Shown here: positions 27,697 to 40,967 of the stretch, one piece after another | Numbering within the stretch: the stretch's first letter is position 1 | Layout: each line of letters starts with the position of its first letter | NCBI GenBank assembly: GCA_964016885.1 | Contig: OZ024744.1 | Span: 82,212,001 to 82,276,000 of the forward strand | Source of the DNA: Eledone cirrhosa | Lineage: Eukaryota | Length of the DNA: 64,000 nt | Direction of reading: 5' to 3' | Made by a program: the position numbers and the translations under genes | The notes under the pieces: model-generated | What the model was told of the DNA's origin: nothing | Databases searched by the model: none | Seen by the model: the letters and a program-made list of their open reading frames with translations, nothing else

Positions 27697-28123
27697 AGTG
27701 TAACTTGGAGTTACTATAGGTTCACCCGGGTGAGCACTCGATGTTTAGGTTCACTTCTATGTCGAGGTGTAGAGCTATACAGAGTGTATTACATTGAAAA
27801 GATAACAAGGACGATTTTCTACTAGCATTTTAAAGGGACCGTCGAGCTGCCCATTATAGAGTCGGGTAAGATCGATACAGATCGAACCTTGAGCTGATCA
27901 GTGGCGAAACGCGCATCACCTACCAATAAATGTAATGAAGGAGTAACAAATTGTCCTTGTTATCTTTTCAATATATATATATATATAATGTAGGAGATGA
28001 GTTATATTGTAGCACAATAAAGCAATGCAAATATCGGATAAGTAGCACTCAACAGTTTATAGGACTGGGGTATAAATAATATAAGATCAAAAGATGGTTG
28101 ATCTTTTAACCATACTTTGATCT

Positions 28124-28171
<48 letters not shown>

Positions 28172-29046
28172 ATATATATATGTGTGTGTGTGTGTGGGTA
28201 TATATATATATACATACATACACACACACACGTACACACACACACACATATATATATATATATTCGGTATACAAGGATGCAATTCACTCCTAGCACTCAA
28301 CGTCATATTACTTCCTAAAAATATGGGTGACGAAGTATATTAATAAAGGTGAAAATATGAAGTCGAAGATGTTAGAGGACTTTATTAATTGAGCTGTTAT
28401 ATATATTTCAATGACGATAGATATCGTGATCTCTTCAGACAACAAAAATTGATTAAAAGGTAACATTTCTGATGTAATTTTATGCTGTCTGAAGAGATCA
28501 CGATATTTATCGTCATTAATTAAAAACATTTAGAAGACCATTAACTATTAGTTTTAAAGTAGTGACTACGTCACTTACTTATATATTTTCGGCAAAAGCT
28601 GGAAGAATGACTGACAGCTGTTTCTCGCTGCTTGGCATTTATCAAATGTTTTTAATTAAACATACAGTATATTACCAAATATACTATACATACATTCATG
28701 TATACATCGCTATTTCAGAGCACCAATCCTAATACCTAAGTTCTGCTGGACCGGCAATCACTCTGTATAATCAGCTCCTGGTTATTACTGGAATTCTATA
28801 AGAATACAGCTCCTATAATTTTCGGCAAAGGCAGGTGAGTACGTGGCTTTTATAAATGCCAAGCAACGAGAAGCAGACTGTCAGTCATTCTCCGAGCTTT
28901 TCCCGAAAATATAAGTAACTGACATAGTCCCTATTTTCAAACTAATAGTTAACGGTCTACTAAATGTTTTTAATTAAACATCCGGTATTTCGCCAAATAT
29001 ACTATACATACATTCTTGTATACATCTCTATTTCGGAGCACCAATA

Positions 29047-29093
<47 letters not shown>

Positions 29094-29121
29094 CAATAAT
29101 AATAAATTTGAAGACTAAAAT

Positions 29122-29306
<185 letters not shown>

Positions 29307-29511
29307 CATATATATATGAAAACAGGGAGAAAGAGACGATTATTAGGAAGAAAATATATTTTTTTTCCTTTTTTATTTATTTCTCTCATTTTTCTGGGTT
29401 AGAAAATGATTAAAACGAAATATTTTACTTTGTGTGAAGTGTTAAGGTATTAGTTGATTTATTTATTATTTAACAATGGCATTTATTTATCTGTTTATAT
29501 ATTTAATAATT

Positions 29512-29557
29512 GTCTATTACCGGTTTCAGCATTTTTATGCATTATCAAATGATAGTG
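29512..29557 (-). ncRNA. Degenerate hammerhead motif
   Basis: Minus strand: UUGAUAA-U-GCAU-AAAA-AUGC-U-GAAA-CCGG-UA-AUAG. Confidence 0.45.
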
Positions 29558-29646
29558 ATATGTATTAGTGTAGAATGGTGGTGTCGCACATGTTAAAGAA
29601 ATGGGGCAGAGAGAATAATGTTATTTAAAAACAAGGTTTATGAAGT

Positions 29647-29776
29647 GAAAAGAAAAAAGAAAAAAGAAAAAAGAAAAAAGAAAAAAGAAAAAAGAAAAAA
29701 GAAAAAAGAAAAAAGAAAAAAGAAAAAAGAAAAAAGAAAAAAGAAAAAAGAAAAAAGAAAAAAGAAAAAAGAAAAA
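29647..29776. repeat. (GAAAAAA)n heptamer repeat
   Basis: Directly visible. Confidence 0.97.
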
Positions 29777-30064
29777 TAGGAGCGTATTTACATATGTGTG
29801 TATGTGTGTATATACAGTGTCCTATTTGGGGGGGGGGGGGTTTACCTTAATCCGTTACGCGTTTTAACAGTATTATCTGGATCTTGGGTATCTTTATTGA
29901 TGTCTAGCCGTGCATGAGGCGTTGAAAGTGTTGATGGATATTGCTCTTCTCTCCCTGACTAAACAGAACAGAAAAAAAGAAAAACCCACAAAGGAGGCAA
30001 AATGTCAGAAAACGGTGGAGTGTGGAACGAAATATGCTTCCATAATTTTCTAAATTATGGTAGC

Positions 30065-30260
30065 ATAGGTCACTGTATATACATACACTTCCATTTACAA
30101 ATAGGTCGCTGTATATATATCCATTTACAAATAGGTCACTGTATATACATACATATACATATACAAATAGGTCACTGTATATATATACATATACATATAC
30201 AATAGGTCACTGTATATACATACATATACAAATAGGTCACTGTATATACATATATATATA
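30065..30260. repeat. ~30-36 bp minisatellite (AAATAGGTCACTGTATATAC..)
   Basis: About six units visible. Confidence 0.9.
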
Positions 30261-30291
30261 TGTATATGTATATATACATATACATACATAT

Positions 30292-30355
<64 letters not shown>

Positions 30356-31398
30356 TCACGTCAGTAGCGAGTTGTAGAGCTAAACAGAGTGTAATATAAA
30401 AATACAAGAACGAATTTTTAAGCCTTCATTACGTTTATTGATTGGTGACGCGCGTTTCGCTATTGATCAGCTCAACGTTCGATTTGTTGTAGTAATGACA
30501 TTACTACAACAGAGGTTCGACGAGATTTTGATTCTAGAGTCGGGCCAAGTCGATACAGATCGTAACTTGAGCTGATGAATAGCGAAACGCGCGTCACATT
30601 TAGTATAAAATCTCCACCGTGCTCGAAAAGTAAGTATATAGGATATTTGTGTGTAAATCAATCTACGATATTCCTGTCCAAGCTCGGATAGGATGTTTTG
30701 TGGTATTTGGTCCTGTGCTCAGAGTTCAAATTGCTTTTCATCTGTTCAAGGTCGATAAATAACGTACCAATCGAGTATTGGAGTATGTTTTTCCCCTGTC
30801 CCCTTTCTACCTTTTTTTTAAATTCTCAGTCTGGTTGGAAGTGTGATCTGATCTGGAAATAGATGTGCTCCATTAGGATTAAACGCTCTAAACACGTTGT
30901 GTGTCACGACAGCGCCCTCTACGACTCCAAAATAAATTTAAGGCTCATGCATGCACACCCTTTTGTTATAATTATGTCGTCTCGTGTGAATCACAGAATC
31001 CAATGTTAATATTCCGGCGTATATAGAAATTTAAAAGAAAAGAAACAGAGCCCGCTTCTGTTGGTTGTAGAGTCAATACTTCCGAATGAAGCAGAAATTT
31101 CATCTTTGACTGTAGAATATCTTAGGTAGCATCTTGCCTTCTTGCCTTTCTGGTATATTAAAGTTGGCAGCGTTATGTTCGCGACTCACTGTTACAGAGA
31201 AGTAAATTAAATTTAAACTTGAAAATCTTGCTTAAATATCTGAGCAGTGTTAAATATGAAAACGAAAAATGTTTAAAGAGTGAATAATCACAAGTGCCTG
31301 TTCAAAAATAAATAATAAATAAATAAATATATAAATATATAAATATATAAATAAATATGTAACTATATAAATAAATATATAAATAAATAAATAAATAA

Positions 31399-31501
<103 letters not shown>

Positions 31502-31510
31502 GACACACAT

Positions 31511-31585
<75 letters not shown>

Positions 31586-31954
31586 AAAACATATACAAAC
31601 ACACACAAACACACACAAAAAACCCCAGTCAAATAGAAAAATGAGTGAGATATTATCTCAAAAAAGAGGAAGAAATAGGAAAATCTTCGAGAGTGGTGTA
31701 GGGCAAAAGTAAAGAAAGAATTTATGAAAAAAAAAACAAAAAAAAACAGAAGCAAATAAAGAAGGTAAAAAAAGGTGAAAACATAACGAGAAACAAAATA
31801 CATGGAAAAGAGAAGGTATGTGGGGTTTTGGGGTGGGTGGTGGGGGGTTATTGGGTGGAAGAAACATGGATCAATGGGATTGATAAACGCATTGAAACGA
31901 GTTTCAAATATAATGAGAGATAGTTATCCATAAATACAAGCGGCTAAGGTGTTG

Positions 31955-31979
31955 AGAAAGAAAGAGTGAGACAGAGTGT

Positions 31980-32026
<47 letters not shown>

Positions 32027-32231
32027 GGAGAGTAAGAGAGAGAGTGTGAGTGAGAGAGAGTGAGTGTGTGTGTGAGTGTGTGTAAAAAAGAGAGTGTGTG
32101 TTGTGTGTGTGTGTGTGTGCGTGTGTGAGAGAGAGAGAGAGAGAGAATGTGTGTGTGTGTGTGGGAAAGGGAGTGATAGGAGAAAGGAGGGAGAGAAAAA
32201 AGGTAGACAGAGATAGAGAGAGAAAGAGAGT

Positions 32232-32283
<52 letters not shown>

Positions 32284-32600
32284 AAGAGAAGGGAAATGTA
32301 GACAGATAAAGAGGAGCAGAGGAAGAAAAAAGTGAAATAGATAGAATGAAGAAGTGAGTGAAGGAGATAAAAAGTGAAGAAAGGGGAGTGAAGTAGAGAC
32401 AGTAAAAGGGAGAGAGAGTGAAGGAAATAAAATGAAGGAGAGTGTGTAGGAGAAGAGTGAAGGAGTGGGTGTGAAGGAGAGAAAGTAAAACAAAGAATGT
32501 GAATGAAGGGGAGTGAGAGGAAAGGGGAGAGGGAGTTAAGGAGAGAGAGGAAAGGGGAGACGGAGAATGGAGGAAAGAGCAGATGAGCGAGAGAAAGTGA

Positions 32601-32644
<44 letters not shown>

Positions 32645-32925
32645 GAGTGGAGGAATGAGTAGATGAGGAGCGAGGGAGAGTGAAGAAGAGAGAGAGAGTG
32701 AAAGGTAGAGAGAGGGTATGTGAAGGAGAGAGAGTCAAGGAGAGGGTGTGATTGAAGGGAAGAGAGAGAAGAATGAGGTCGAAGAAGAGAAACAGAGAGA
32801 AAGAGAGAGAGAGAGAGAGAAAGAGAGGGAAAGAGAGGGAAAGAGAGGGAAAGAGAGAGAAAGAAAGAGGGAGAGAGGGAGAGTGATAAGAAAGGAATGT
32901 GTGTAGAAAGTGTGAGAGAGATTAT
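31955..32925. repeat. Polypurine (GA)n-rich low-complexity tract
   Basis: Directly visible. Confidence 0.95.
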
Positions 32926-33004
32926 CAAAGAGAAGTATCAATGTGTATTTGATGTTACTAAAATAACATGAAAAGACACGATAATATTTTTACTAGTAAA
33001 ATAA

Positions 33005-33182
33005 AGTTTCTACTTTTGGCACAAGGCCAGCGATTACCCCAGTGCATCACTGGTACTTTATTTTATCGACCCCGTAAAGACGAAAGGCAAAGTTAACCAC
33101 AGCGGATTTGAACTCAGAACACAAAGGGCCATAACTCTATGCTGCAAAGCATGGTGTCTGACGCTCTACCGAATACTGCCAT
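33005..33182 (-). mobile_element. tRNA-derived SINE
   Basis: Reverse complement of the SINE consensus. Confidence 0.87.
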
Positions 33183-33299
33183 GGCTGGATTTCTTTAACA
33201 TTTCTCTCAAATAATCGATAAGAAATGGTAAAACAACATCGATCCCCAGCATCGCCTCAGCCGGATGGCTGGAACAGGTAAAAGAGTAAAAGTGTATAT

Positions 33300-33792
33300 A
33301 TTTATTTATATATACAATGCTGTTGAAGCGTGTATACATTTTGGGGGTACACCCTGTATATATATATATATACATTAGTGCTCAATGGAAAATGTATATA
33401 TATATATGGCTTGTATTGAGTACTTCACTTATTGTGGTTACCCCCGATTGAACCCGAAACTCATATATATATATATGATCTCCATTCTTTCGGTTACTTG
33501 CTTACATGTACCATTGTTCCCTGTTCCCCCTGCTATTGGTATGGTTTCTTCTTTTCCTTTTTTTTCTTTTTTCTTCTCTCTTCTTTTCTTTCTCTCCCTG
33601 ACGGCCTTTTGATAGATAAAACGCTGTGGGCGCGCTACGGATAGATGTATAGTTTGTAATGCGCCGAAACATCTGTGATCCGTAGAAAACTACCGACGAA
33701 GGGAGACCGTCCATCTCTTGTTTGTGTCTCCTTACCTTCTAACACTCGTTATCAATAACCACACAGCTCCTCCTCTCAATCCATATTTTTGA

Positions 33793-33881
<89 letters not shown>

Positions 33882-34060
33882 TATATATATATATATATAT
33901 ATGAGTCTCGGGTTCAATCGGGGGTAAGCACAGTAAGTGAAGTACTCAATACAAGCCATATATATATATACATATTCCATTGAGCATTAATGTATATATA
34001 TATACAGGGTGTGCCCCCAAAATGTATACACACTTCAACAGCATTGTATATATAAATAAA
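33300..34060. repeat. Inverted repeat (~175-bp arms) including a mariner-type TIR end
   Basis: 33300-33475 is the reverse complement of ~33895-34060. Confidence 0.88.
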
Positions 34061-34359
34061 TAAATAAATAAATAAATCAATATGTATATATATATATATA
34101 TATATCTTTAAGTCGTTTGGAAGCCTCGACAATGCAGATGGGTAAATCTCCGGGTAACAAGATCCGGTGGTGGAGAGAGAGAGATGTAAGTGGGTGTACG
34201 TTGAGATGCGTGGCGTGTATAAGAGTGTACCGTGTAGAGGAATGAAGGAAAGAGCGTAAAGGATAAAAATAAAAATAACAACACGCTTCAAGCAAACTTC
34301 AATACTCTCTTATATATATATATATCTTATATATATATATATATCTTATATATATATAT

Positions 34360-34440
<81 letters not shown>

Positions 34441-35244
34441 CCTGTGATAAACAGGCGAAACTCGAAGGAAAGAAGACTCACTATTTAGATTTAGATTACA
34501 CACACACATACACTTACTCACACACACACATATGTGTGTGTATATATTTATGCATATATGTATTTCATCAAATGAGTTGTGTTTATTTCAGCCAAGTCCA
34601 TCTCTTCGGGGACGAAGCTATACGTTCATTGACATGTGAGTCGTACAATAAAGAAATGAGGCGGGCTGACAATGAAATCAAAGTAAAAATAAAATTCTGC
34701 AGCCTGCTCGACCACGTCCTCTTTGTAACGGTTCTCAGTCGAGACCTCTGGTGTCCTTGGTCCCCACACTGCTGATTTCCACGGTAAAATCGAACAGACG
34801 TCGTCCCGCTTGAAGAGAGAGCAACGTGAAGTGGGTCAATCCTGCCATTCTCCGCAGTAACGCTTTTGCCGTTTTTGTCCGCGGGGCGCGGCTGAGGTAC
34901 CACTCAGACTGGGATAGAGTGACCATTTCTCCCCCTCTCCCCTTCTCCCTTTCTTTTGCCGCTTCATCCGTCTATCTGTTTTTCATTTTCATTTTCTTTT
35001 GTGTCCCTCCTTTTTTGTTCCCTTTATTAGTGTGTTTTGGGTTTATTAGATACTGCTCAATTATATTTATATAATGTAAATGGTCTTTCATGACATTGAG
35101 AAATTCTGTATATTGAATAAATGATGTTCAGTAGTACAAAATGTAATTGTAAAGATTACAGACATATTTCATTATTAGATGTTTGTTCACATTAAATTTA
35201 TCACATAGCTCCTGAATTCTTTGTGGAATTAACCCTACTGGGTT

Positions 35245-35370
35245 TGAGCTTTATTTATCGACCCTGAAAGGATGAAAGTGAGGCGAAGATGCCTTTCAAA
35301 CGCAGCACAGTGTAACAGAACGAATGCAGTAAAGCATTCTATCCTGCATTCTAACGATACTGCCAATTTC
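35245..35370 (-). mobile_element. Old SINE fragment
   Basis: tttatcgaccctgaaaggatgaaag...cgatactgccaat. Confidence 0.65.
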
Positions 35371-35431
35371 CTACATATATCTCAAAGATATACTCCCTAT
35401 GAATACAATTCTCTCTCTCTTTATATATATA

Positions 35432-37650
35432 TCCTGTTATAATATTTCAACTACACAAACGAAGACGGTTGAACTGCTTTACGTTGAGTACTCTCCATAT
35501 TATTACATCAAGATTGACCATACGGAATTGACCAGCTCTATCCAGTGGTGAACCTTCAAACCTAAATAAATAATGCTCCTGAAATGTTGAGCACTTCCAG
35601 ATGTAATAATGAACAGCGGCATGGGACTGACTAGATCTAATCACCATTCGGATTTTGGCTACTCTGCGCTTTGTCTACCGCCCACCTGGTCCAATGCTAC
35701 TTCCCTCTCGGAATATTCAGACTTCGACAACATTCTACGGATTATACCATAACCTGTATTGTACTGTACTGTATTGACTGAATTCTCTACCCTATACTTC
35801 AGGGCCTTTGTAATTCACACTGAATTCTGAGATTCGAACACACACTGATTCCATTTCCATATCTATATGCATTATCTGACTGCAACTTGAACTATAATTG
35901 TATTTCTCCTATGTTTTGATTTCTCCATTTTACTCCACCACCACTCTAGTTATTTTTATTTGTTTATTTATATATTTCTACCTTTTTACTTTATTAATGT
36001 GTTTTATCTACGTATTCTACTTTTATCTATCCATGTATTTTTTATTCCTTTTATTCGGATTTTTACTCGCTTGTACCCATTAGCACAGCACACTAGAATA
36101 TCTCCCCCTGAGAACCACAATACTTATAACCCGGACTATCCGGGGACCTAGATATAGTCTATTTGCGCTTCATCGAGTTTTATAATTGATTACACGCGAT
36201 GATCCGACTGTTGTGTTGGTTTTCCTGGCTGCGAGTCCGGCCTCCTGCTGCATAGGCCTCCCTTGAGTGCTTGGAAAAATAAATTGCCCCTTCTTTCGGT
36301 AAATGAAATTACTCGGAGCGGTTGATTCGCTCCGGGGCCGGACGCGCAGTCGTTTTTGACCGCCATATAGTACCTTTAAATTCTAGGCCTAATCATAACT
36401 ATTAGCTGTATCATGCCTCCCTCTACTTAAACAAATCCCCCTCTTGTGTAAATTAATAGTACTCGTTTGGTATAACGATGGCCTAACGACGATGGCTGAC
36501 TTCCCACTAGCACACCTGAAGCCTAGAATACATTCCTAGAGTGCTTGGAAAAATTGATTTCCATATCTTTCGCTAGGCGATCTCACTCGGAATGACTGAC
36601 ACGTGGTTAGGATGGGCTGGCCGGAGTCTGCAGTCGCCGCATGCTGTTTGACTGCTAAACAAGGACATAATCTTTACTCTACATCCCATTCGGATAACTT
36701 ATAGAAGATCTCTATAATACAATTAAAGTTTCTTCATAAAAGACTCTTTCTTTAACTAAACCTCGCAACCCAAAACCTTAAACATTTTTTAAAACTGTTT
36801 AATGTTTAATTTTCAATTTTCTAATTTTTTAATTTTATAATGTTAATCTTAAATTTTTTTAACTTCATCCTATAAATCTAAACAAAATTTTAACGTTCCA
36901 ATCTTATGCTCAGACATTATAACATGTATACCCCCATTATATTTACCTCTGTTAAGATACGGGTCTTTTAGAATAATTTTTTCGCGGCATTCCTGGCCTG
37001 ACTGTAGTATGACATTAATACTGACTTTTCTTCCTCTTTCTTTCTGTCTCTTTTCTTGTCGCATGACATTAACCCTGACTTTTCTTCTTCCTTGTAGCAT
37101 GACATTAATACTGACTTTTCTTCCTTTTTCTTTCTGTCTTTTTTCTTGTAGCATGACATTAACGCTGACTTTTCTTCTTCTTCCATTCTGTTTTTCTTCT
37201 CTTTGACCGGGAGGTTAGTAGCACACTATAAGCTTTAGCCCCTCACCAGATGGCCTTAAGTAGGCTGAATGGGCAGCACTTGAGGGCAACCGGCAGAAGT
37301 GGAAGATGCTAGATGGTCGGTCGTCCTCGGGTCTATGATTTTATATCTCGCCCCATGGATTTTATCTGTTACATTCATTATATTTCGAATACCTGATGAT
37401 ATCACCGGATTCATACGGAACCCGGTCATTGAAATGATCATAGTATAATAAACCTTTCAAGGATTTACACAAGTCCAGCCTCCTGTTATTTTATTATAAT
37501 ATTTAACTCCGTACGCGCAACACCAACTACACAAATGAAGACGGTTGAACTGCTTTATGTTGAGTACTCTCCATATTATTACATCAAGATTGACCATACG
37601 GAATTGACCAGCTCTATCCAGTGGTGAACCTTCAAACATAAATAAATAAA
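35432..37650. mobile_element. Unclassified 2.2-kb element with ~125-bp terminal direct repeats
   Basis: 35448-35573 is repeated at 37524-37650. Internal tandem 39-53 bp repeats at 37005-37190. Confidence 0.65.
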
Positions 37651-37667
37651 TATATAAAACCATATTT

Positions 37668-37730
37668 ATTTCATTATACATATTTCAATGACACCAAGTT
37701 AAATTATGATGTGCTTTCATCAGATAAAAT
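37668..37730 (-). ncRNA. Minimal type-I hammerhead ribozyme (family H, copy D, mirror of E)
   Basis: Exact reverse complement of 37879-37941. Confidence 0.8.
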
Positions 37731-37878
37731 ATAATATAGATCAGTTTTATAAATAAATATTGACATACCCTTAAAGAATGCGACCATTTCTGTTGGAAGC
37801 TCCCGGGAGCTTCCAACAGAAATGGTCGCATTCTTTAAGGGTATGTCAATATTTATTTATAAAACTGATCTATATTAT

Positions 37879-37941
37879 ATTTTATCTGATGAAAGCACAT
37901 CATAATTTAACTTGGTGTCATTGAAATATGTATAATGAAAT
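37879..37941 (+). ncRNA. Minimal type-I hammerhead ribozyme (family H, copy E)
   Basis: AUUUUAU-CUGAUGA-AAGCACAUCA-loop10-UGGUGUCAUU-GAAA-UAUGUA-UA-AUGAAAU. Confidence 0.83.
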
Positions 37942-38069
37942 AAATATGGTTTTATAAATATAGTTTCTATTTGTTAATATATCGTATTTTTACTCCAATA
38001 ATTTGTTGAGTGCTTTATATCAGTTATAAAAATATTTGCTTGTTGTATCCCAACAATTTAAATAGAACT

Positions 38070-38196
<127 letters not shown>

Positions 38197-38799
38197 TCAT
38201 ATATAGCGTTGGTGTGTTGACTTTGTTGTGAGTGTGAGGCTATTGTTGGAGAGTTAACTTTGTTGTGAAAGCGTGAGTCTTGTTGGAGTGTTGACTTTGT
38301 TGTGTAATTTCTCCCATTACTAATTATTGCCGCAGGTCACGAATTATTTTCCTCGGTATCCGGACCTTTGTTTTCTAGTATAAAGTGTGCATCAGAATTA
38401 ACTAGGAACCCACTTCGTAGCCGTTCACCACGCTACAAATAACAGCAAATCAACAATCAGTTTGCATCCTGTCGTCTTAAACAGGAAATAGCTATTAGAT
38501 AGTATGTTCCTGATTGCGCTGTGATTTTAGTAATAGATCATGTCAATAAGAACTAATTTGGGTTAAAAAGAACACTGGGAAGCGCGCATCTTTTAAATCA
38601 ATTTCCAAATGTTTTCCTAACTTAGTGGGGGACCTGGATGGAGACTTAAATCTTGTAAAGCTTACATTTTTGCTTCTAAATGGTAGCAACTGGTGCCTCG
38701 TTATTCTGTATTTCAGAAAGAATAACTTTGTTAGACTGTATAATTACGAAACACCTAATATACCACCGCTAATACGATGGACTCAGGTCCTTGGATCTG

Positions 38800-38960
38800 G
38801 CTGACCATGTGTCAGTTCCACTCAGACACACCGACATTACTCATTGCTCCTCTTCTCATCACTCATACTGAAACCATATCACCAGTCCAACCCTTCTTTG
38901 CCAGAATGTCAACCCCCTGGATTTCTATTCCTGCATATGTCTTTCCTACAGTAGGCAACC
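38800..38960 (-). pseudogene. Possible decayed LINE AP-endonuclease fragment
   Basis: GVDILAKKGWTGDMVSV resembles the GVGILL..W...V segment of RTE endonucleases; weak match. Confidence 0.3.
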
Positions 38961-40356
38961 TGCAACAATTTAAACTGAGCATCAACAGCGTCAGTCTCAT
39001 CGGTCTCATATGGCCTGCAAATATATAAGGCACAGCGCCTTCTTCAACACTTAGCAAAATAAAAATCACACTTTCATGTACACATCAGATCTGACTTCAA
39101 AGAACGTAAGTGTTTTCGACTCTTACGATATTGCAGCTTCTGTGGGGAAAAATAATATTCCTTTCTACATTATATTCTGATATAATTTACGTACTGTTCG
39201 CTTGATGTGAAGGATGCTCTTTAATAAATGTGTGTTGCTGCATGTTCAATCTAACATTTTAATGCAGACAGAAACAATTGATTTTGTAGATATTTTCGAA
39301 TTCCTAGTTATTATTTAGCACCATGTCAACATTTATTGATAAAAGCGTCCCAGCAATGACCCTGCTATTTTGTGTTCAGACAATGCATCAGAACTATTAT
39401 CTAAATTATGACTTTGTTTTTCTAAGATGATAGGGTATGATTTTAGGTTTACTCAGTGGTTCGCATTTGAAACAGGTCGGTCAGTACACAAGGATCATCC
39501 GTGATTTTCCATTAAGATGTGCATTACACCGTGAAATGCCTTACACTGAATAACATACTGTGTAAGGCACTCAATACACTAGTAATCATACTGTTTTGGT
39601 GTTTTTGTATTTGTATATTCTGGATTTTCATGAGCCACATTCTTCAAGTTCTTTTTCTAAGAGTTCAAAGCTAAACAATTCGTATTTCTTTTATTTCGTT
39701 CATATACATGTTTTCAGCTGCTCAGATTATAATATGAAATAGTAGACTCTCTGACTATATGACCCTTAACATTAAACATATAGACGGTTTGACATCAATT
39801 CCTTGTCCCAATGTACACGTTTTTCTCTTAGCATTAATATTGGCATTCTAATAGTAAAACCAGTCTGACGATATGAATTTGTACCATATATTCTGTGCTA
39901 ATTTTGTAGCATTGGCACAGTTTCCTGCGAATATATATATCTACGGTTTTATTGTGCCTGTTGGTATATTATAAACATCAAACTCTTCATATAATAACAA
40001 ACTATTTATTAAAGTATTATTAAGATCGCGTGAATTTTCTTTCAATATTATCACAGATTTAACGTAATGAAGATTAATTTAACTTACATCTGTAATTGGA
40101 TTTCGTCAAAAAAACGTTATATTCTTCTGATTGCTTTTAGATATAGCTTTGTTGAATAACATATTTTGACACTTTAGCGTCATTTTTTTTTACTATACTG
40201 TTTCATCTCTGCGATATTTATCATTGAAATTCACGTGAAAAAAAATGTATATATTAAAATAGAGTAGAAGAGAAATATTTATTAGGAGACAAGAATCAGA
40301 AGATAATCATTCATCTATGGCGGCCATTGTCAATTAATTAGTTTTAGCCGTATCAG

Positions 40357-40388
40357 TATTGTTATTGTTATTGTTATTGTTATCGTCG

Positions 40389-40433
<45 letters not shown>

Positions 40434-40459
40434 GCCATCATCATCATCATTATCATCAT

Positions 40460-40500
<41 letters not shown>

Positions 40501-40575
40501 ACACCATCTTCATCATCATCATCATCATAATCATCCTCATCATCATCATAATCATTGTCGTCGTCGACGTCGTCG
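40357..40575. repeat. (ATT)n/(ATC)n trinucleotide microsatellite
   Basis: Directly visible. Confidence 0.97.
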
Positions 40576-40759
40576 TGGATTACAATGTTGGACAAAATGC
40601 TTTGTGGTATTTGTTCCAGGTCTTTTTTTACCTTCTGAGTTAAAACTTTGCTTTTCATTGTTTCAGGGTCGATAAAAATATAATACTGATCAAGTAGTCC
40701 TGGGGTTAGTATAAGCAATTTTATATTCCCAATAGATTTCTCTATCTAAATTAGAAAAA

Positions 40760-40955
40760 AATTGGCAGTATCGGTAAAGTGTCGGACACCAAGCTTTGTG
40801 ACATAGATTTACGACCCTTTACATTCTGATTTTAAATCCCGCAGAGGTTAGCTTTGCCTTTCATTCTTAACGAAGGACGATAAAATGAAGTACCAGTAAT
40901 GCATTTGGTGTGATTTAATCCCCCCCCTCCCCCCCAAAAAAAAATCAGAAACTAT
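40760..40955 (+). mobile_element. tRNA-derived SINE
   Basis: ttggcagtatcggtaaagtgtcggac...gcctttcattc...gtaccag. Confidence 0.8.
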
Positions 40956-40967
40956 TATTTTGTCCAG

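Larger units (their letters stand above)
37653..37956. repeat. Perfect 304-bp palindrome
   Basis: Centre ..GAAGCTCCC|GGGAGCTTC.. at 37804/37805; arms checked to 37653/37956. Confidence 0.95.

Noticed and set aside
36870-37206. Lys/Glu-rich repetitive ORFs
   Set aside because: They derive from a short 39-53 bp minisatellite with frame-shifting unit lengths.
40334-40718. Asp/Asn-rich and poly-Ile/Met ORFs
   Set aside because: Artefact of the trinucleotide microsatellite, which runs into a SINE fragment.
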